From the NCBI GenBank assembly GCA_963666345.1, contig OY762721.1, forward strand, positions 864,001 through 928,000: a stretch of DNA of 64,000 nt, in the 5' to 3' direction. A program made the position numbers and the translations under genes. The notes beneath the pieces were generated by a model. The model saw nothing but the letters and a program-made list of their open reading frames with translations. It searched no databases and was not told the DNA's origin. Shown here in pieces: positions 28,482 to 40,437 of the stretch (position 1 is the first letter of the stretch; every line of letters starts with the position of its first letter). The stretch is from Desulfatiglandales bacterium (GTDB taxonomy: Bacteria; Desulfobacterota; DSM-4660; Desulfatiglandales; Desulfatiglandaceae).

Positions 28482-29887
28482 AAAGGATTCCATTTTTTTT
28501 AGCCGCAATAACCATCTTTTCCCTCTTGATATCCTCCGGAGTCTCCTGTCTTTTTGACTCGAAGGCTTACGCGATCTCCATCAAAGAGGAGGAGGACCTG
28601 GGGAAAGAGTTTTTAAGAAGCATTAAAAGACAGTATTCCCTTGTTGAAGAGGATTTTTCCAACAGGTTCATCAATGATCTGGGTGGGTATCTTTCAAAAT
28701 CGCGCGACCCAAAGCACTTCCGCCTGAAATTTTACATACTCAAGCACAATACGCTGAATGCATTCGCAGCCCCGGGAGGACATATCTTCATCTTCTCAGG
28801 CCTCATAGAAACCTTTGACGATATAGACGAACTGGCCGGAGTAATAACTCATGAGATAGGGCATGTGGCGGCAAGACACCTTTCCCAGCGTATCGAACAG
28901 GGTAAGAGGATCGGATATGCCACGCTCGCCGGTGTGCTGGCCGGTGTGCTCATAGGCGGTGAGGCGGCCGAAGCGCTTATTACCGGGTCCATGGCCGCGA
29001 ATCTGCAGGCGCAGCTTCGATACAGTCGTACCGATGAACGCCAGGCGGACCAGCTGGGATTCAAATATATGAAGGCGTCCGGCTTTGAGCCGCAAGGGAT
29101 GATCAGCACCCTGAATAAACTGGAAAAAGGCAGCTGGTACGCCTCGGGACAGGTCCCTGCCTACCTGCTGACACACCCTACAGGCCCTGAGAGGATGGCA
29201 AATCTTGACGCGATGATCAGTTCATTCAGACCCGGGGTGGAAAAGCATGAAGAGGTTACCCGTTTTACCGAGATGTTTCCCATCTTCAAGGCGGTGGTAA
29301 GGGCGACCTGTCTTGATTCCTTTGAGGCTGAAAGGTTGTTCAGGCTGGATCTGGAAAAGGACCCTGAGGCGCTTCTTCCCAATTTTGGTCTCGGCCTGGT
29401 TTACAAAGAGGGCGCAAGGTATGAAAAGGCCGTCTATCATTTTAAAAAGGCGCTTGAAAAAGATCATGACAATATCCCTGTCCTGACCCATCTGGGAGAG
29501 GCATACCGTATGAGCGGTGACAATCGGACGGCCATCGTCTTTCTGGAAAAGGCGTTGAGACTGGATAACAAGAGCGACTCAGCCCGTTTTCATCTCGCAT
29601 TTGCCTATGAGAAGATGGAAAACTATGAAAAGGCCATACCCCTTTTTGAAAGGCTTGCCCTTCAAAAGGGCGCCGAAAATGAGGTCTACTATCACCTGGG
29701 GCTTTCCTACGGAAAAAGCGGCAGGCTCCCGCTTGCTCATTACAATTTCGGCCGCTATTTCATGAAGATTCACAGCCCGGAAAAGGCGAGATTTCATTTC
29801 GAAAAGGCGGAAGCGCTGGCTGAAGGCATGCCTGAACTGGCAGATAAAGTAGCCAAGGAAATTAGGGAACTTGACAAAAAAAAGTGA
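28478..29887 (+). CDS. M48 metalloprotease with TPR repeats (BepA-like)
   Basis: NAFAAPGG, HEIGH, ERQADQLG, YLLTHP, C-terminal TPRs. Confidence 0.88.
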   Translation: MKRIPFFLAAITIFSLLISSGVSCLFDSKAYAISIKEEEDLGKEFLRSIKRQYSLVEEDFSNRFINDLGGYLSKSRDPKHFRLKFYILKHNTLNAFAAPGGHIFIFSGLIETFDDIDELAGVITHEIGHVAARHLSQRIEQGKRIGYATLAGVLAGVLIGGEAAEALITGSMAANLQAQLRYSRTDERQADQLGFKYMKASGFEPQGMISTLNKLEKGSWYASGQVPAYLLTHPTGPERMANLDAMISSFRPGVEKHEEVTRFTEMFPIFKAVVRATCLDSFEAERLFRLDLEKDPEALLPNFGLGLVYKEGARYEKAVYHFKKALEKDHDNIPVLTHLGEAYRMSGDNRTAIVFLEKALRLDNKSDSARFHLAFAYEKMENYEKAIPLFERLALQKGAENEVYYHLGLSYGKSGRLPLAHYNFGRYFMKIHSPEKARFHFEKAEALAEGMPELADKVAKEIRELDKKK

Positions 29888-29899
29888 CTATCAGTCGAT

Positions 29900-30724
29900 T
29901 CATTCTGTACCATTGCCCCCTGTTTCATCGGTTAAGCCATTTAAATTCGTCAGATATGAATCCGGGTCATTCAAAAAGTCTCTGTAAAATTTGAAGCTTT
30001 TGGTTTCTTCATATGAAATCTCCGTGATCGGGACATGGTCGAAGCTGAGGGTCTGCGCACCCGGATACCCCAAAATAATGGGTGAGTGAGTGCATATGAC
30101 GAACTGCACCTTTGAAACCGTTTCCACGATACCCCGGAGGACCTTGAGAAAAGTCAGCTGATTTGCAGGGGAAAGTGCCGCCTCAGGTTCATCCAAAAGA
30201 TATAATCCATTTAGGACGCACCTGTTTTTAAAAAAAGAGAGAAAGGCCTGGCCGTGAGACTGCTCATGAAGTGAAACTCCACCGTAGTAGTCAAGAATCC
30301 CGGGATCCGTCATAACTATATCGTCCAGGGAGGAGGCATAATTGAAAAAATTCTCCGACCTGAAAAGAAAACCTTTCGTAACACCCTGCCTCGGCCAAGA
30401 ACCTTTAAGGGAGATAAAATCACTCAATCTTGTCTCAAAGGGGTTCCCGTGCAATATGTGGGTCTTCTCCCCTCCCCATACCGTGAGGCCGTAATTCCTT
30501 GCTATCGCCTCCAGGACAGATGATTTTCCACTGCCGTTGTCCCCCACAAAAAAGGCGACCCTCCTTTTCAGATCCATACGCCCTGTCTTCTTCAAAAGAC
30601 TTATGTTGAAGGGGTAGTTGTCCCTTGCAGGAAAATGATTGTTATGTATTACAATGGAATCGACATACATCTGATTTGACCTGAAAACGTTGTCAGCTGT
30701 CTCTGCCGGGACCAGGTTTTCCAC
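29900..30724 (-). CDS. Stand-alone ABC-type ATPase of unknown function
   Basis: GDNGSGKS, HEQSHGQAF, LLDEPEAALSP, CTHSPI. Confidence 0.8.
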   Translation of the reverse strand: MENLVPAETADNVFRSNQMYVDSIVIHNNHFPARDNYPFNISLLKKTGRMDLKRRVAFFVGDNGSGKSSVLEAIARNYGLTVWGGEKTHILHGNPFETRLSDFISLKGSWPRQGVTKGFLFRSENFFNYASSLDDIVMTDPGILDYYGGVSLHEQSHGQAFLSFFKNRCVLNGLYLLDEPEAALSPANQLTFLKVLRGIVETVSKVQFVICTHSPIILGYPGAQTLSFDHVPITEISYEETKSFKFYRDFLNDPDSYLTNLNGLTDETGGNGTE

Positions 30725-30747
30725 GATACAACAAAGCCTGATACGTC

Positions 30748-31176
30748 TTAATCCGCCTCCGGTAGCTTTTTTTCGATCAGGAGGGCAATCATCTTTTTGT
30801 CGGCCGGCGGGAACCTGTATGCGGAAAGTTCACCGGGTGCGACCCATTTAATCTCTTGGCATTGAATCGGCCTAGGCTCTCCGCTAATGTACTCGCAGGA
30901 AAAAAAATGAAGTATTACGACCCTGTCTTTGTATTCATGTGATACGCTGAGAAGTGCCTTTTCAGCCCTTATCCGGAATCCGAGTTCCTCTTCCACCTCT
31001 CTTTCAAGGCATTGCTCCAGGGTTTCCCCATTTTCCAGTTTGCCGCCGGGAAACTCCCAGTAATCTTCAAGATGACTGCCTTTCGCCCGTTTTGATATCA
31101 GAAGTTTGCCTTTATCCCGGATCAGAGCCGCCGTAACATGAAGGCTGGGTTTCTGGGGCCCTTTTCTATTTACCAC
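30748..31176 (-). CDS. mutT: 8-oxo-dGTP diphosphatase (Nudix)
   Basis: WEFPGGKLENGETLEQCLEREVEEELG Nudix box, FPPAD. Confidence 0.85.
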   Translation of the reverse strand: MVNRKGPQKPSLHVTAALIRDKGKLLISKRAKGSHLEDYWEFPGGKLENGETLEQCLEREVEEELGFRIRAEKALLSVSHEYKDRVVILHFFSCEYISGEPRPIQCQEIKWVAPGELSAYRFPPADKKMIALLIEKKLPEAD

Positions 31177-32968
31177 CCGTTACCCCCTCCAGTCTGAGTT
31201 TGAGATAGGCCTCCTCAGCCTCCTCATGACCGGGTGACAGGGTCACCACCTTCTTATATGCATCAAGCGCCCCTTTAAGCTCACCCTGCTTTTCTTTGAG
31301 CCTGGCCAGATTCAGCCAAAGATTCACGTCCCCGGGTCTTTTCTTGAGTATTTCCTGAATCTGTTCGGCCGCTTTTTGTTCCTGACCTGTCTTCAGATAG
31401 GCAACCACCATATACTCTCTCAGCTCACCGCCGTCCTCAAACAGATCCAGATTATTTTCCATCAGGGAAATGACCCCCTTGAATTCGCCCTGCCCGCTCA
31501 GCCGGTCGAAGGCATATTGATAAGGGGATATATCCTTTGATTTCATTGAGATCAGGGTGGCGGCCTCCTTAAATGCCTCAGACGGCATCTTGAGCCTTTT
31601 GTAGAGCTCAAAGACTATTTCGTGTACCTTCCGATCCCCCGGCTGCAGCTTGAGATATCTTTCGAAAAAGTCCCGGCTTTCGGTCAAATCACCCATGCCG
31701 TATTCAAGGGCGCCGAGGTTATAGAGCACGGTCTCATTTTCCGGCTCCTGATCAATAATTCTCTTATATATTTCACTCAGTTTTTCATCCTTTTCCTCTT
31801 GCTCCAGTATCCGGGCCATAAGGACAAGAGCCTCGATCCTGTTTTTGTCCTTTTCAAGCACCTCTGACAGATACTTTTTTGCATCCTCATTGTCGCCTTT
31901 TTCCATAAGGCGCTGAGCCAATGCGATTCGTCCCTCTTCATCCTCCCTGTTGAGGGTTACGGCATTGGCCAGGTAAAAATCGGCCTTCTTCTTTTCACCG
32001 ATCTTCCCGTAAAGAAAGGAAAGGTTATAATATATATTCGCGTCGTTTTGTTCCAGCTTTGCAGCCTTCAGATAATGGGATACGGCCTTACCGTAACTGC
32101 CCTGTTCGCTGTACATATAGCCGAGCAGTTTGTGATAGGGGAGCCTGTCCTCCTGGTCCGTTCTCTCAAGGACAGCCTCATATTCCTTGATGGCCGCGCT
32201 TCTTTCCCCTTTCTTTTCATAGAGCTCCGCCAGTCTTATTCTTGAATCAAGATCATCCGCATTCATTGATATAAGTTTTTCGAGAACAGCTTCCTTGCCG
32301 TCGGTACGCGACATTTCGGAGTAGACATCGAGAAGTTCGGTAAGTACTCCCTGGTCAGGCTCCATCTGCTCCAGCATTTTTGCAGCCTCTTTCCACATGC
32401 CGAGCGACTTATATTCATCAATCAGTCTGCGCCGCAACGGCTCATATTCAGGCAGCAGTCTTATTCCTTTTTCCAGCAGCGCCAGCCGCTGTTCCCTGTT
32501 TATCTTCCTGTCGGCCTTATCAAGCCAGTCCCCGGGATCAGGCCGGACAATCCATCTTATCATGCCCAGATTTTTATTACGTTGTCTTATGGAGATGTCG
32601 AAGCGGTAGTGATCGAATGTTTCCTCGCCGGGCAGAAGTTCGGATACGGACATCTCATCAAAGCGGAGCGCATTTACGTCAAAGCCTTGCGACAGCAGAC
32701 GAACACCGAAATTGAATGGAACGCTTGTGGAAATGGAAAGGACCTTTACCTTATCCCTGGGATGGAGGCTGACGGTTTCGCCGGGAAGGATCTTCCGCGT
32801 CTCACCGTTAATGCAAACAGTTATGGAATTGCACCTTTGAAAAGGGTTGGTGATGCCACGCCATACCCACCAGCCTGATGCAATTGCAGCCAATATGATC
32901 AGATAAAGAAACAGGCGAAGGAGACTAGCTGATATTGTCCTCTTTCTCTTTTTCAGCAATCGGGGCAT
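31166..32968 (-). CDS. Membrane-anchored TPR repeat protein
   Basis: N-terminal TM segment followed by many TPR-like helices. Confidence 0.8.
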   Translation of the reverse strand: MPRLLKKRKRTISASLLRLFLYLIILAAIASGWWVWRGITNPFQRCNSITVCINGETRKILPGETVSLHPRDKVKVLSISTSVPFNFGVRLLSQGFDVNALRFDEMSVSELLPGEETFDHYRFDISIRQRNKNLGMIRWIVRPDPGDWLDKADRKINREQRLALLEKGIRLLPEYEPLRRRLIDEYKSLGMWKEAAKMLEQMEPDQGVLTELLDVYSEMSRTDGKEAVLEKLISMNADDLDSRIRLAELYEKKGERSAAIKEYEAVLERTDQEDRLPYHKLLGYMYSEQGSYGKAVSHYLKAAKLEQNDANIYYNLSFLYGKIGEKKKADFYLANAVTLNREDEEGRIALAQRLMEKGDNEDAKKYLSEVLEKDKNRIEALVLMARILEQEEKDEKLSEIYKRIIDQEPENETVLYNLGALEYGMGDLTESRDFFERYLKLQPGDRKVHEIVFELYKRLKMPSEAFKEAATLISMKSKDISPYQYAFDRLSGQGEFKGVISLMENNLDLFEDGGELREYMVVAYLKTGQEQKAAEQIQEILKKRPGDVNLWLNLARLKEKQGELKGALDAYKKVVTLSPGHEEAEEAYLKLRLEGVTGGK

Positions 32969-33103
32969 CTCTCATGACAAACATGTGATATCCATTAATA
33001 CAAAGTAAACTTCGACAAACTATAACTTGCTTTTTATTAAGGCCTTTACCCCCGGCCGGGCCCGGCATTGATTCAGCCGGCTTTTATATCTTTTTTCGTC
33101 TGT

Positions 33104-34189
33104 CTAGACAGGCAGGATTCTGCTCAACAAATCCTTTTCCTGCTTTCCGCTCTTTTCAAACCGCCCCTCCCACAGAAGAAGGATCGGACTGGCCACAAAA
33201 ATTGATGAATAGGTACCCACAACAACTCCTATCATCATGGCAAAGGCAAAATCATGTATCACGCCGCCTCCGAAGACATAAAGAAAGATGATTACAACCA
33301 GCGTGGTAATCGATGTAAGTATGGTTCTGCTAAGGGTTTCATTGATGCTGGTGTTCATCAGCTCGGGGAAAGGCCTTTTGCGGAACCTCTTCGAATTCTC
33401 CCTTATCCTGTCAAAGACTATGATCGTGTCATTAAGTGAATATCCCACTATCGTGAGAAAGGCGGCAATAATGGAAAGGGATATCTCCCGGTCTGTTAAG
33501 GCAAATACGCCTATTGTTATGATCACGTCGTGCATAAGGGCTATAAGTGCCCCCAGGGCGAATTTCAGCCGAAGCACAAAACAGAGACCCACGGTTACTA
33601 TCAGCGCGATAAATATAAGCCATGTGACACTCATACCGATGCTGGAGGTAATATAGACGACAAATGCAAGGGATAAGGCCATTACTATACTCATGAGCCA
33701 TTTGAGTTCAAATCGACCCGATATGTATATCGCGATAAAGAGCATGGCGTAAAAGATGGCAAACAGGGCCTTCTGCCTCAGATCCTCTCCGACCTTGGGG
33801 CCCACCATTTCGACCCGCCGCATATCGACTGAATGCCCGAATTTATCGGTCAGGGCCTTTTCGATCTTAGTTGAAAGTCCGCTCAGCTCTACACCTGTGC
33901 CTCTTATCCTGATAAGGTATTCGAACTTTCCCTTTTCACCGAATTCCTGGATTATGCTGTCGCCGAGGTCGACGGGAACAAGCGCCTCTTTTATCTCCTT
34001 AGGACTGTGCTCCTGGGCAAGTTTTACCTGAGCCAGCACGCCTCCGGAAAAATCAACACCGTAATTCGGACCACCGCGGTATATCAGGAGGATAAAGGTC
34101 GCGATAATCATTGTCAGAGACAGCGCAAATGCCATCTTTTTTTTCCCGATAAAATTTATGTTGCTGTTCGGTTTTATGAATTGCATCAA
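33104..34189 (-). CDS. secF: Protein translocase subunit SecF
   Basis: GVDFSGG, VGPKVG, GYSLNDTIIVFDRIRE. Confidence 0.95.
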   Translation of the reverse strand: MMQFIKPNSNINFIGKKKMAFALSLTMIIATFILLIYRGGPNYGVDFSGGVLAQVKLAQEHSPKEIKEALVPVDLGDSIIQEFGEKGKFEYLIRIRGTGVELSGLSTKIEKALTDKFGHSVDMRRVEMVGPKVGEDLRQKALFAIFYAMLFIAIYISGRFELKWLMSIVMALSLAFVVYITSSIGMSVTWLIFIALIVTVGLCFVLRLKFALGALIALMHDVIITIGVFALTDREISLSIIAAFLTIVGYSLNDTIIVFDRIRENSKRFRKRPFPELMNTSINETLSRTILTSITTLVVIIFLYVFGGGVIHDFAFAMMIGVVVGTYSSIFVASPILLLWEGRFEKSGKQEKDLLSRILPV

Positions 34190-34237
34190 TTGTCTCCAAA
34201 AAGCATATCTTGTAAAAGCTTAAAGCCGGTTTTCCGC

Positions 34238-35812
34238 TCAGATACTGATTCGCTTGATTCGTCGATTTACGTAAAGATAATCAAAGACTATCCTTGTCAC
34301 AAAGATGGCGGTAAAAAGACTTGAAAGTATTCCTATACTCAACGTTACGGCAAATCCCCTGACAGGCCCTGTACCGAATTGAAACAGCACCAGAGCAGCA
34401 ATCAGAGTCGTAACGTTTGCATCAAGGATCGTCACCAGCGCCTTTGAATACCCGCCTTCGATAGAAGTCCTGGGCGTTTTGCCGACACGGAGTTCTTCAC
34501 GAATCCTTTCAAAAATCAACACGTTTGCATCCACCGACATACCGATCGTAAGAATGATACCTGCGATTCCAGGCAGGGTAAGAGTGGCTCCGAAAAAGGC
34601 GAGCCCCGCCATAATGAACAGCATGTTAAGAAGAAGAGCCATATCGGCTACAACACCGGACAACCCGTAATAGAGCGCCATGAACAAAATCACTATGACG
34701 CCGCCGATCAACATCGACTTAAAACCTTTTTCAATAGAGTCCTTTCCAAGGGAAGGTCCTACAGTGCGCTCTTCTATGATCTTTACCGGAGCCGGCAGAG
34801 CCCCGGCCCTAAGTACAATCGCCAGATCCCTTGCCTCTTCCATGTCGAAACGCCCGGTGATCTGTGCCCTTCCCCCTGATATACGGTCCTGGATAACGGG
34901 GGCGGAATTGACGGTATTGTCAAGTATGATTGCCAGTCTCTTTTTGATATTATCGCCGGTAACTCTCTCAAAAAGCCTTGAACCCACTGCGTCAAAGGAA
35001 AGAGAAACGTAAGGCTCATTGTACTGGCTGTCTATCTGAACCCTTGCATCCGTTATATACTCCCCTGTCAGCATGGTCCTTTTCTTTAAGAGATACGGCT
35101 GCTTTTTATCATTGTAAAGGATCTCGGAACCGGGCGGTATATCGCCCTTAAGTGCCTCCTGGACACCGTGATCCTCATCCACAAGCTTGAATTCAAGCAG
35201 CGCCGTCCTACCGATAAGGGCGATCGCCCTCTGCGGATCCTTGACGCCCGGGAGTTGAATCAGTATCCGGTTGTCCTTCTGGGGCCTTATGTCAGGCTCA
35301 CTTACGCCAAACTGGTCGATTCTGTTCCTTATGGTCTCCAGGGCCTGGTCAACGGCCATCTTGGTTATTCTGTTTCTAGGCCTGGTTTCCAGAATCAGAT
35401 GAAAGTCGGATCTTTCACCTTCCGAAGAGATCTCCTTTACCTCAAAATCGGGATAATTGGCCGCAGCCATCTCCCTGAAAACCGCCCTGTCCCCCTGCCG
35501 CATCAGGGATATTTGGATACCCTCGTTTTTAAACCTCTCAAGGCTCATATATCTCAATTTGCTTTTGCGAAGATCCTGTTTGAGTTCCTCCACAACCAGT
35601 TCCAGATGGCTTTCCACCGCCTTGGCGGCTTCCACCTCCAACACAAGGTGCATTCCTCCCTGAAGGTCCAGGCCGAGGTTTATCTTCTCATCAGGAAGGA
35701 AACCTGTCCACCAACCGGGAAGGCTGGAAGTAAGCGTAGGGGTTAAATAAACGAAAGAAAGGACTACCACGCATAAGGCCAAAACACCACGCAAGGTTAA
35801 GCTCTTTGACAC
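34238..35812 (-). CDS. secD: Protein translocase subunit SecD
   Basis: LGLDLQGG, RNRIDQFGVSEP, GMSVDANVLIFERIREE. Confidence 0.96.
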   Translation of the reverse strand: MSKSLTLRGVLALCVVVLSFVYLTPTLTSSLPGWWTGFLPDEKINLGLDLQGGMHLVLEVEAAKAVESHLELVVEELKQDLRKSKLRYMSLERFKNEGIQISLMRQGDRAVFREMAAANYPDFEVKEISSEGERSDFHLILETRPRNRITKMAVDQALETIRNRIDQFGVSEPDIRPQKDNRILIQLPGVKDPQRAIALIGRTALLEFKLVDEDHGVQEALKGDIPPGSEILYNDKKQPYLLKKRTMLTGEYITDARVQIDSQYNEPYVSLSFDAVGSRLFERVTGDNIKKRLAIILDNTVNSAPVIQDRISGGRAQITGRFDMEEARDLAIVLRAGALPAPVKIIEERTVGPSLGKDSIEKGFKSMLIGGVIVILFMALYYGLSGVVADMALLLNMLFIMAGLAFFGATLTLPGIAGIILTIGMSVDANVLIFERIREELRVGKTPRTSIEGGYSKALVTILDANVTTLIAALVLFQFGTGPVRGFAVTLSIGILSSLFTAIFVTRIVFDYLYVNRRIKRISI

Positions 35813-35893
35813 TTGTTACTCCATGCATATTTTTTTCAGTCTGTTAACTAAAATCGGGCATATCCAAGACGCCCTTTTACCCGCATATGCCTA

Positions 35894-36211
35894 TTACTGC
35901 CCCTTCTGCATCACGGCGGTTATAAAACTCCTCGAAACCTTCACCCTCACCTTAGGGGCGACCTCCATGGTCACGGTATCATCGGTCAGTCCTGTAACAG
36001 TACCATGAAGCCCTCCGGAGCTGACTACCCTGTCTCCCTTTTTCATCGAGGAAATCAGCGCCTTGTGCTGTTTTGCCTTTTTCTGCTGAGGCCTGATAAG
36101 CAGAAAGTAAAAAATGGCAAACATAAGTATCAGCGGGACAAAGGCCCCAAAACCGCCGCCCCCTCCGGCACCGGTACCACCGGCACCCATAGCGTACGCC
36201 AAAGAATTCAT
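35894..36211 (-). CDS. yajC: Preprotein translocase subunit YajC
   Basis: FYFLLIRPQQKK, GDRVVSSGGLHG. Confidence 0.95.
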   Translation of the reverse strand: MNSLAYAMGAGGTGAGGGGGFGAFVPLILMFAIFYFLLIRPQQKKAKQHKALISSMKKGDRVVSSGGLHGTVTGLTDDTVTMEVAPKVRVKVSRSFITAVMQKGQ

Positions 36212-36222
36212 CTTAAACCTCC

Positions 36223-37401
<1,179 letters not shown>

Positions 37402-38454
37402 CTATGCAATAAGCATCGCATCGCCATAACTGTAAAACCTGTACCCATTTTCAATCGCGAATCTGTATGCCTTTCTTATCCGTTCTGTTCCGGCTAAGGC
37501 GGATACCAGAAAGAGAAGAGAGCTTTTCGGAAGATGGAAATTGGTTATCAGGGCATCAACCACCTTGAACGAGTATCCGGGTGTCACCAATAATCCCGTC
37601 ATTCCCTCTCCCTGTCTCACAAGTCCCCCTGGAATACCTGCTGTCTCCAGGGTTCTCACAACGGTGGTGCCTACGGCAATAACCCTGCCACCATTTTTCT
37701 TGGTACGATTAATCGCCTCGGCCGCATCTGCTTCGATCCTGTAAAATTCCTCATCAAGCCTGTGCCCCCGTATGTCCTCGGTTCGCACGGGTCTGAATGT
37801 GCCGTATCCCACATGAAGAGTCAATTGAGCAATGTCTACGCCCTTTTTACCAAGCCTTTCCGACAACTCCCTGGTAAAATGAAGGCCGGCTGTGGGGGCT
37901 GCAACAGCACCTCTTTTTGATGAAAAGACGGTCTGATAACGTTCCCTGTCAAGTTTCCTCAGGGAAACTCCGTCTCTCTTTATATACGGAGGAAGCGGCA
38001 TGACCCCGCTTCTGTCAAGCAGGGAATCGATGTCCGTTTTTCCGCTGAACTCGATTCTTACCTTGCCGTCGCCCAGAACCTCCTTGACCTGACCGGTAAG
38101 GCCACCGGCAAAATGTAAAACAGATCCCGTTTTAGCACCTTTTGACGATTTAAGCAGGCAAATTCTGCTTCCGTCGCCGTCTTCGACAGATTCGGGGTGC
38201 TCCAGCACCAGCAGTTCGACCCTTCCGCCAGTATCTTTCCTGCCTCCGATTCTGGCGGGAACAACGCTGGTATTGTTGACTACAAGCAGATCTCCGGATT
38301 CAAGCAGATCGGGAAGATCAAAAAAATTCATCTCCCGAAACTCTGGTCTTAGGCGATCCACAACAAGTAACCTGGAATGGTCGCGGCTTTCAGCAGGAAC
38401 CTGCGCGATCAGTTCACGGGGCAAATCAAAGTCATAAGATTTAAGGTCATACAT
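37402..38454 (-). CDS. queA: S-adenosylmethionine:tRNA ribosyltransferase-isomerase
   Basis: PLPPYIKR, AVAAPTAGLHF, TNFHLPKS, YRFYSYGDAM. Confidence 0.96.
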   Translation of the reverse strand: MYDLKSYDFDLPRELIAQVPAESRDHSRLLVVDRLRPEFREMNFFDLPDLLESGDLLVVNNTSVVPARIGGRKDTGGRVELLVLEHPESVEDGDGSRICLLKSSKGAKTGSVLHFAGGLTGQVKEVLGDGKVRIEFSGKTDIDSLLDRSGVMPLPPYIKRDGVSLRKLDRERYQTVFSSKRGAVAAPTAGLHFTRELSERLGKKGVDIAQLTLHVGYGTFRPVRTEDIRGHRLDEEFYRIEADAAEAINRTKKNGGRVIAVGTTVVRTLETAGIPGGLVRQGEGMTGLLVTPGYSFKVVDALITNFHLPKSSLLFLVSALAGTERIRKAYRFAIENGYRFYSYGDAMLIA

Positions 38455-38544
38455 AAAAATTCAGATCGTATAAGCTAGTCGTGATTCTCAATAAAGTCAA
38501 ATAATTTAATTGATTCAAAATCCGCAATCCAAACTGATAAACAG

Positions 38545-38637
38545 CCTATGACTTAGGGTTTTGGCTTACCTCCCGGCACAATGAAGGATATCACGTGCAG
38601 GGCACTAAGGAACAAGAATTGATGGGCATGTACTATA
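38545..38637 (-). repeat. Degenerate third copy of the ~110-bp leader repeat
   Basis: 38587-38637 matches 50629-50679 at 33/51 without gaps; ctatgacttagggttttggctt resembles ccatgacttggaattttgactt. Confidence 0.5.
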
Positions 38638-38666
38638 TACACTTCGCATTGTTTCCCGATGTCGGA

Positions 38667-38855
38667 TCATGGCCTATTAAAAAAATATGCCACTAACAAC
38701 CCCGTGCACATCGCGATGAATCCCATTGCCCTCAGTTGCTTGTCAGGCACCCTGCTTACGGCGATCATCCATTTTTTCATTTTTGAAGGAAATGCAAAAT
38801 AGGGAAGACCTTCAAGAATAAGCACAAGCCCCAGCAGACAAAAAAGATATTTCAT
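38667..38855 (-). CDS. DUF2065-family small membrane protein
   Basis: LGLVLILEGLPYFAFP...LRAMGFIAM. Confidence 0.8.
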   Translation of the reverse strand: MKYLFCLLGLVLILEGLPYFAFPSKMKKWMIAVSRVPDKQLRAMGFIAMCTGLLVAYFFNRP

Positions 38856-39026
38856 ACGGAAAATCTTTCTCTTACTATTTTTTTAGTGCAACAAAAAAAT
38901 AGAGCACACCACCCTGAAACGGCTTGATGCTGCTCTAGAGATTCTTAAAAATTTTATTATAATCTTAATAATTTACACTGTCAATAAACGTATAATAAAT
39001 CCGCCACCAAAAAGAGATTCGCATCA

Positions 39027-39133
39027 GCTCATGGGAGTCAGTCGTCGCTCCCCGGCGCCTTGCATCTAAGATCTTGCCGGTGTCCGAGATTCAAAACCCC
39101 GGGTCATGGCTGATTCCGGCTGAATCAGGTGGT
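39027..39133 (+). repeat. ~110-bp dispersed repeat upstream of alr
   Basis: Gapless 84/107 hand-counted match to the reverse complement of 50569-50675. Confidence 0.85.
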
Positions 39134-39315
39134 AAATTCCGGTATAATAGTAAGGATCACGGCGGCTTTATCCTTTTTTCCTCCCGGTGTCCGCCTGCTT
39201 TGGTTAAATATCTGAGGGAATTGGGCTTGATAACCTGCCCTTCAACAAAGACATAGCGCTTGATCTATAAAAAAAGATGAGATAGGTTAACTCTTTGTTT
39301 TTAAATATACTGCAT

Positions 39316-40437
39316 ATGGTCAAGAAGATGGAAAACATACTGGAAATAGACCTCTCTTCAATAGAGCACAACCTGTCTCAAATAAGAGGACATGTCGGGC
39401 ATGGATCAAGGATAATGGGGGTGGTCAAATCAGATGCATATGGTCACGGTCTTTTGGAGGTATCAAAAAGCCTTGAAAAAAACGGAATCGATTGTCTTGC
39501 AGTGGCCCATATCCACGAGGCCCTTGAGCTCAGAAAACAGGGGATAGGACTGCCTGTTGTGATCCTATGCGGTCTGCAATCAAGGTCTGAGGCATGCGCT
39601 GCGGTTGAAAACGGACTTACGCCTGTAATTTTTGATTTCGAGACAGCTGAAATTTTATCGTCTGAAGGCCTGAGACGCGGCAAGAAGATATCCGCCTATA
39701 TCAAGCTGGACACCGGCATGGGCCGGCTGGGGATCTATCATGAAGAGGCATTGTCGCTTCTTGGAAAAATAATCCCGCTCCGGAATATCGAGGTTTCAGG
39801 TTTTTTTTCACATCTTTCATCCGCGGATGAGGACACCGACCTGTTCACGGAAAAACAGATAGGATATTTCAAAAATGTCGTAAAGGCGGGACGTTCCATG
39901 GGCGCCGGCCTGCCTCTCAACAGCCTTGCAAACAGCGCCGGTCTTATCTCCTTTAAGGGTGCACAGTGGGAAATGGTTCGACCGGGAATAATCCTTTATG
40001 GAGGTCTTCCCCGCCCCGATTTTTCCAGCCCCATACCTTTGAGACCGGCCATGCGTTTTAGGAGCAGGATCATCCAGATCAGAGAAATGCCTGGAAAAAC
40101 GCCGATCAGCTACGGTCGGACCTATTACACGCAAGGGCCCCGACGCATTGCCGTAGTATCTGCTGGCTATGGTGACGGTCTGCCCAGGGGCATGTCAAAT
40201 CGAGGCAGCATACTGATAGGCGGGATACCGGCTCCCATTAGAGGAAGGATATGCATGAATCTGACCGGTTGCGATATAACAGGCATACAGGGAGTTCGGC
40301 AGGGTGATGATGCGGTATTTCTAGGAACCCAGGGAGACAACAGGATATCAGCCGATGATATGGCCCGATGGGCATTAACCATTTCATATGAACTGTTCTG
40401 CTCGCTGGGACGGGCGAACAAAAGGATTTATCTGTAA
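39316..40437 (+). CDS. alr: Alanine racemase
   Basis: GVVKSDAYGHG, KLDTGMGRLG, GYGDG, GRICMN. Confidence 0.95.
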   Translation: MVKKMENILEIDLSSIEHNLSQIRGHVGHGSRIMGVVKSDAYGHGLLEVSKSLEKNGIDCLAVAHIHEALELRKQGIGLPVVILCGLQSRSEACAAVENGLTPVIFDFETAEILSSEGLRRGKKISAYIKLDTGMGRLGIYHEEALSLLGKIIPLRNIEVSGFFSHLSSADEDTDLFTEKQIGYFKNVVKAGRSMGAGLPLNSLANSAGLISFKGAQWEMVRPGIILYGGLPRPDFSSPIPLRPAMRFRSRIIQIREMPGKTPISYGRTYYTQGPRRIAVVSAGYGDGLPRGMSNRGSILIGGIPAPIRGRICMNLTGCDITGIQGVRQGDDAVFLGTQGDNRISADDMARWALTISYELFCSLGRANKRIYL

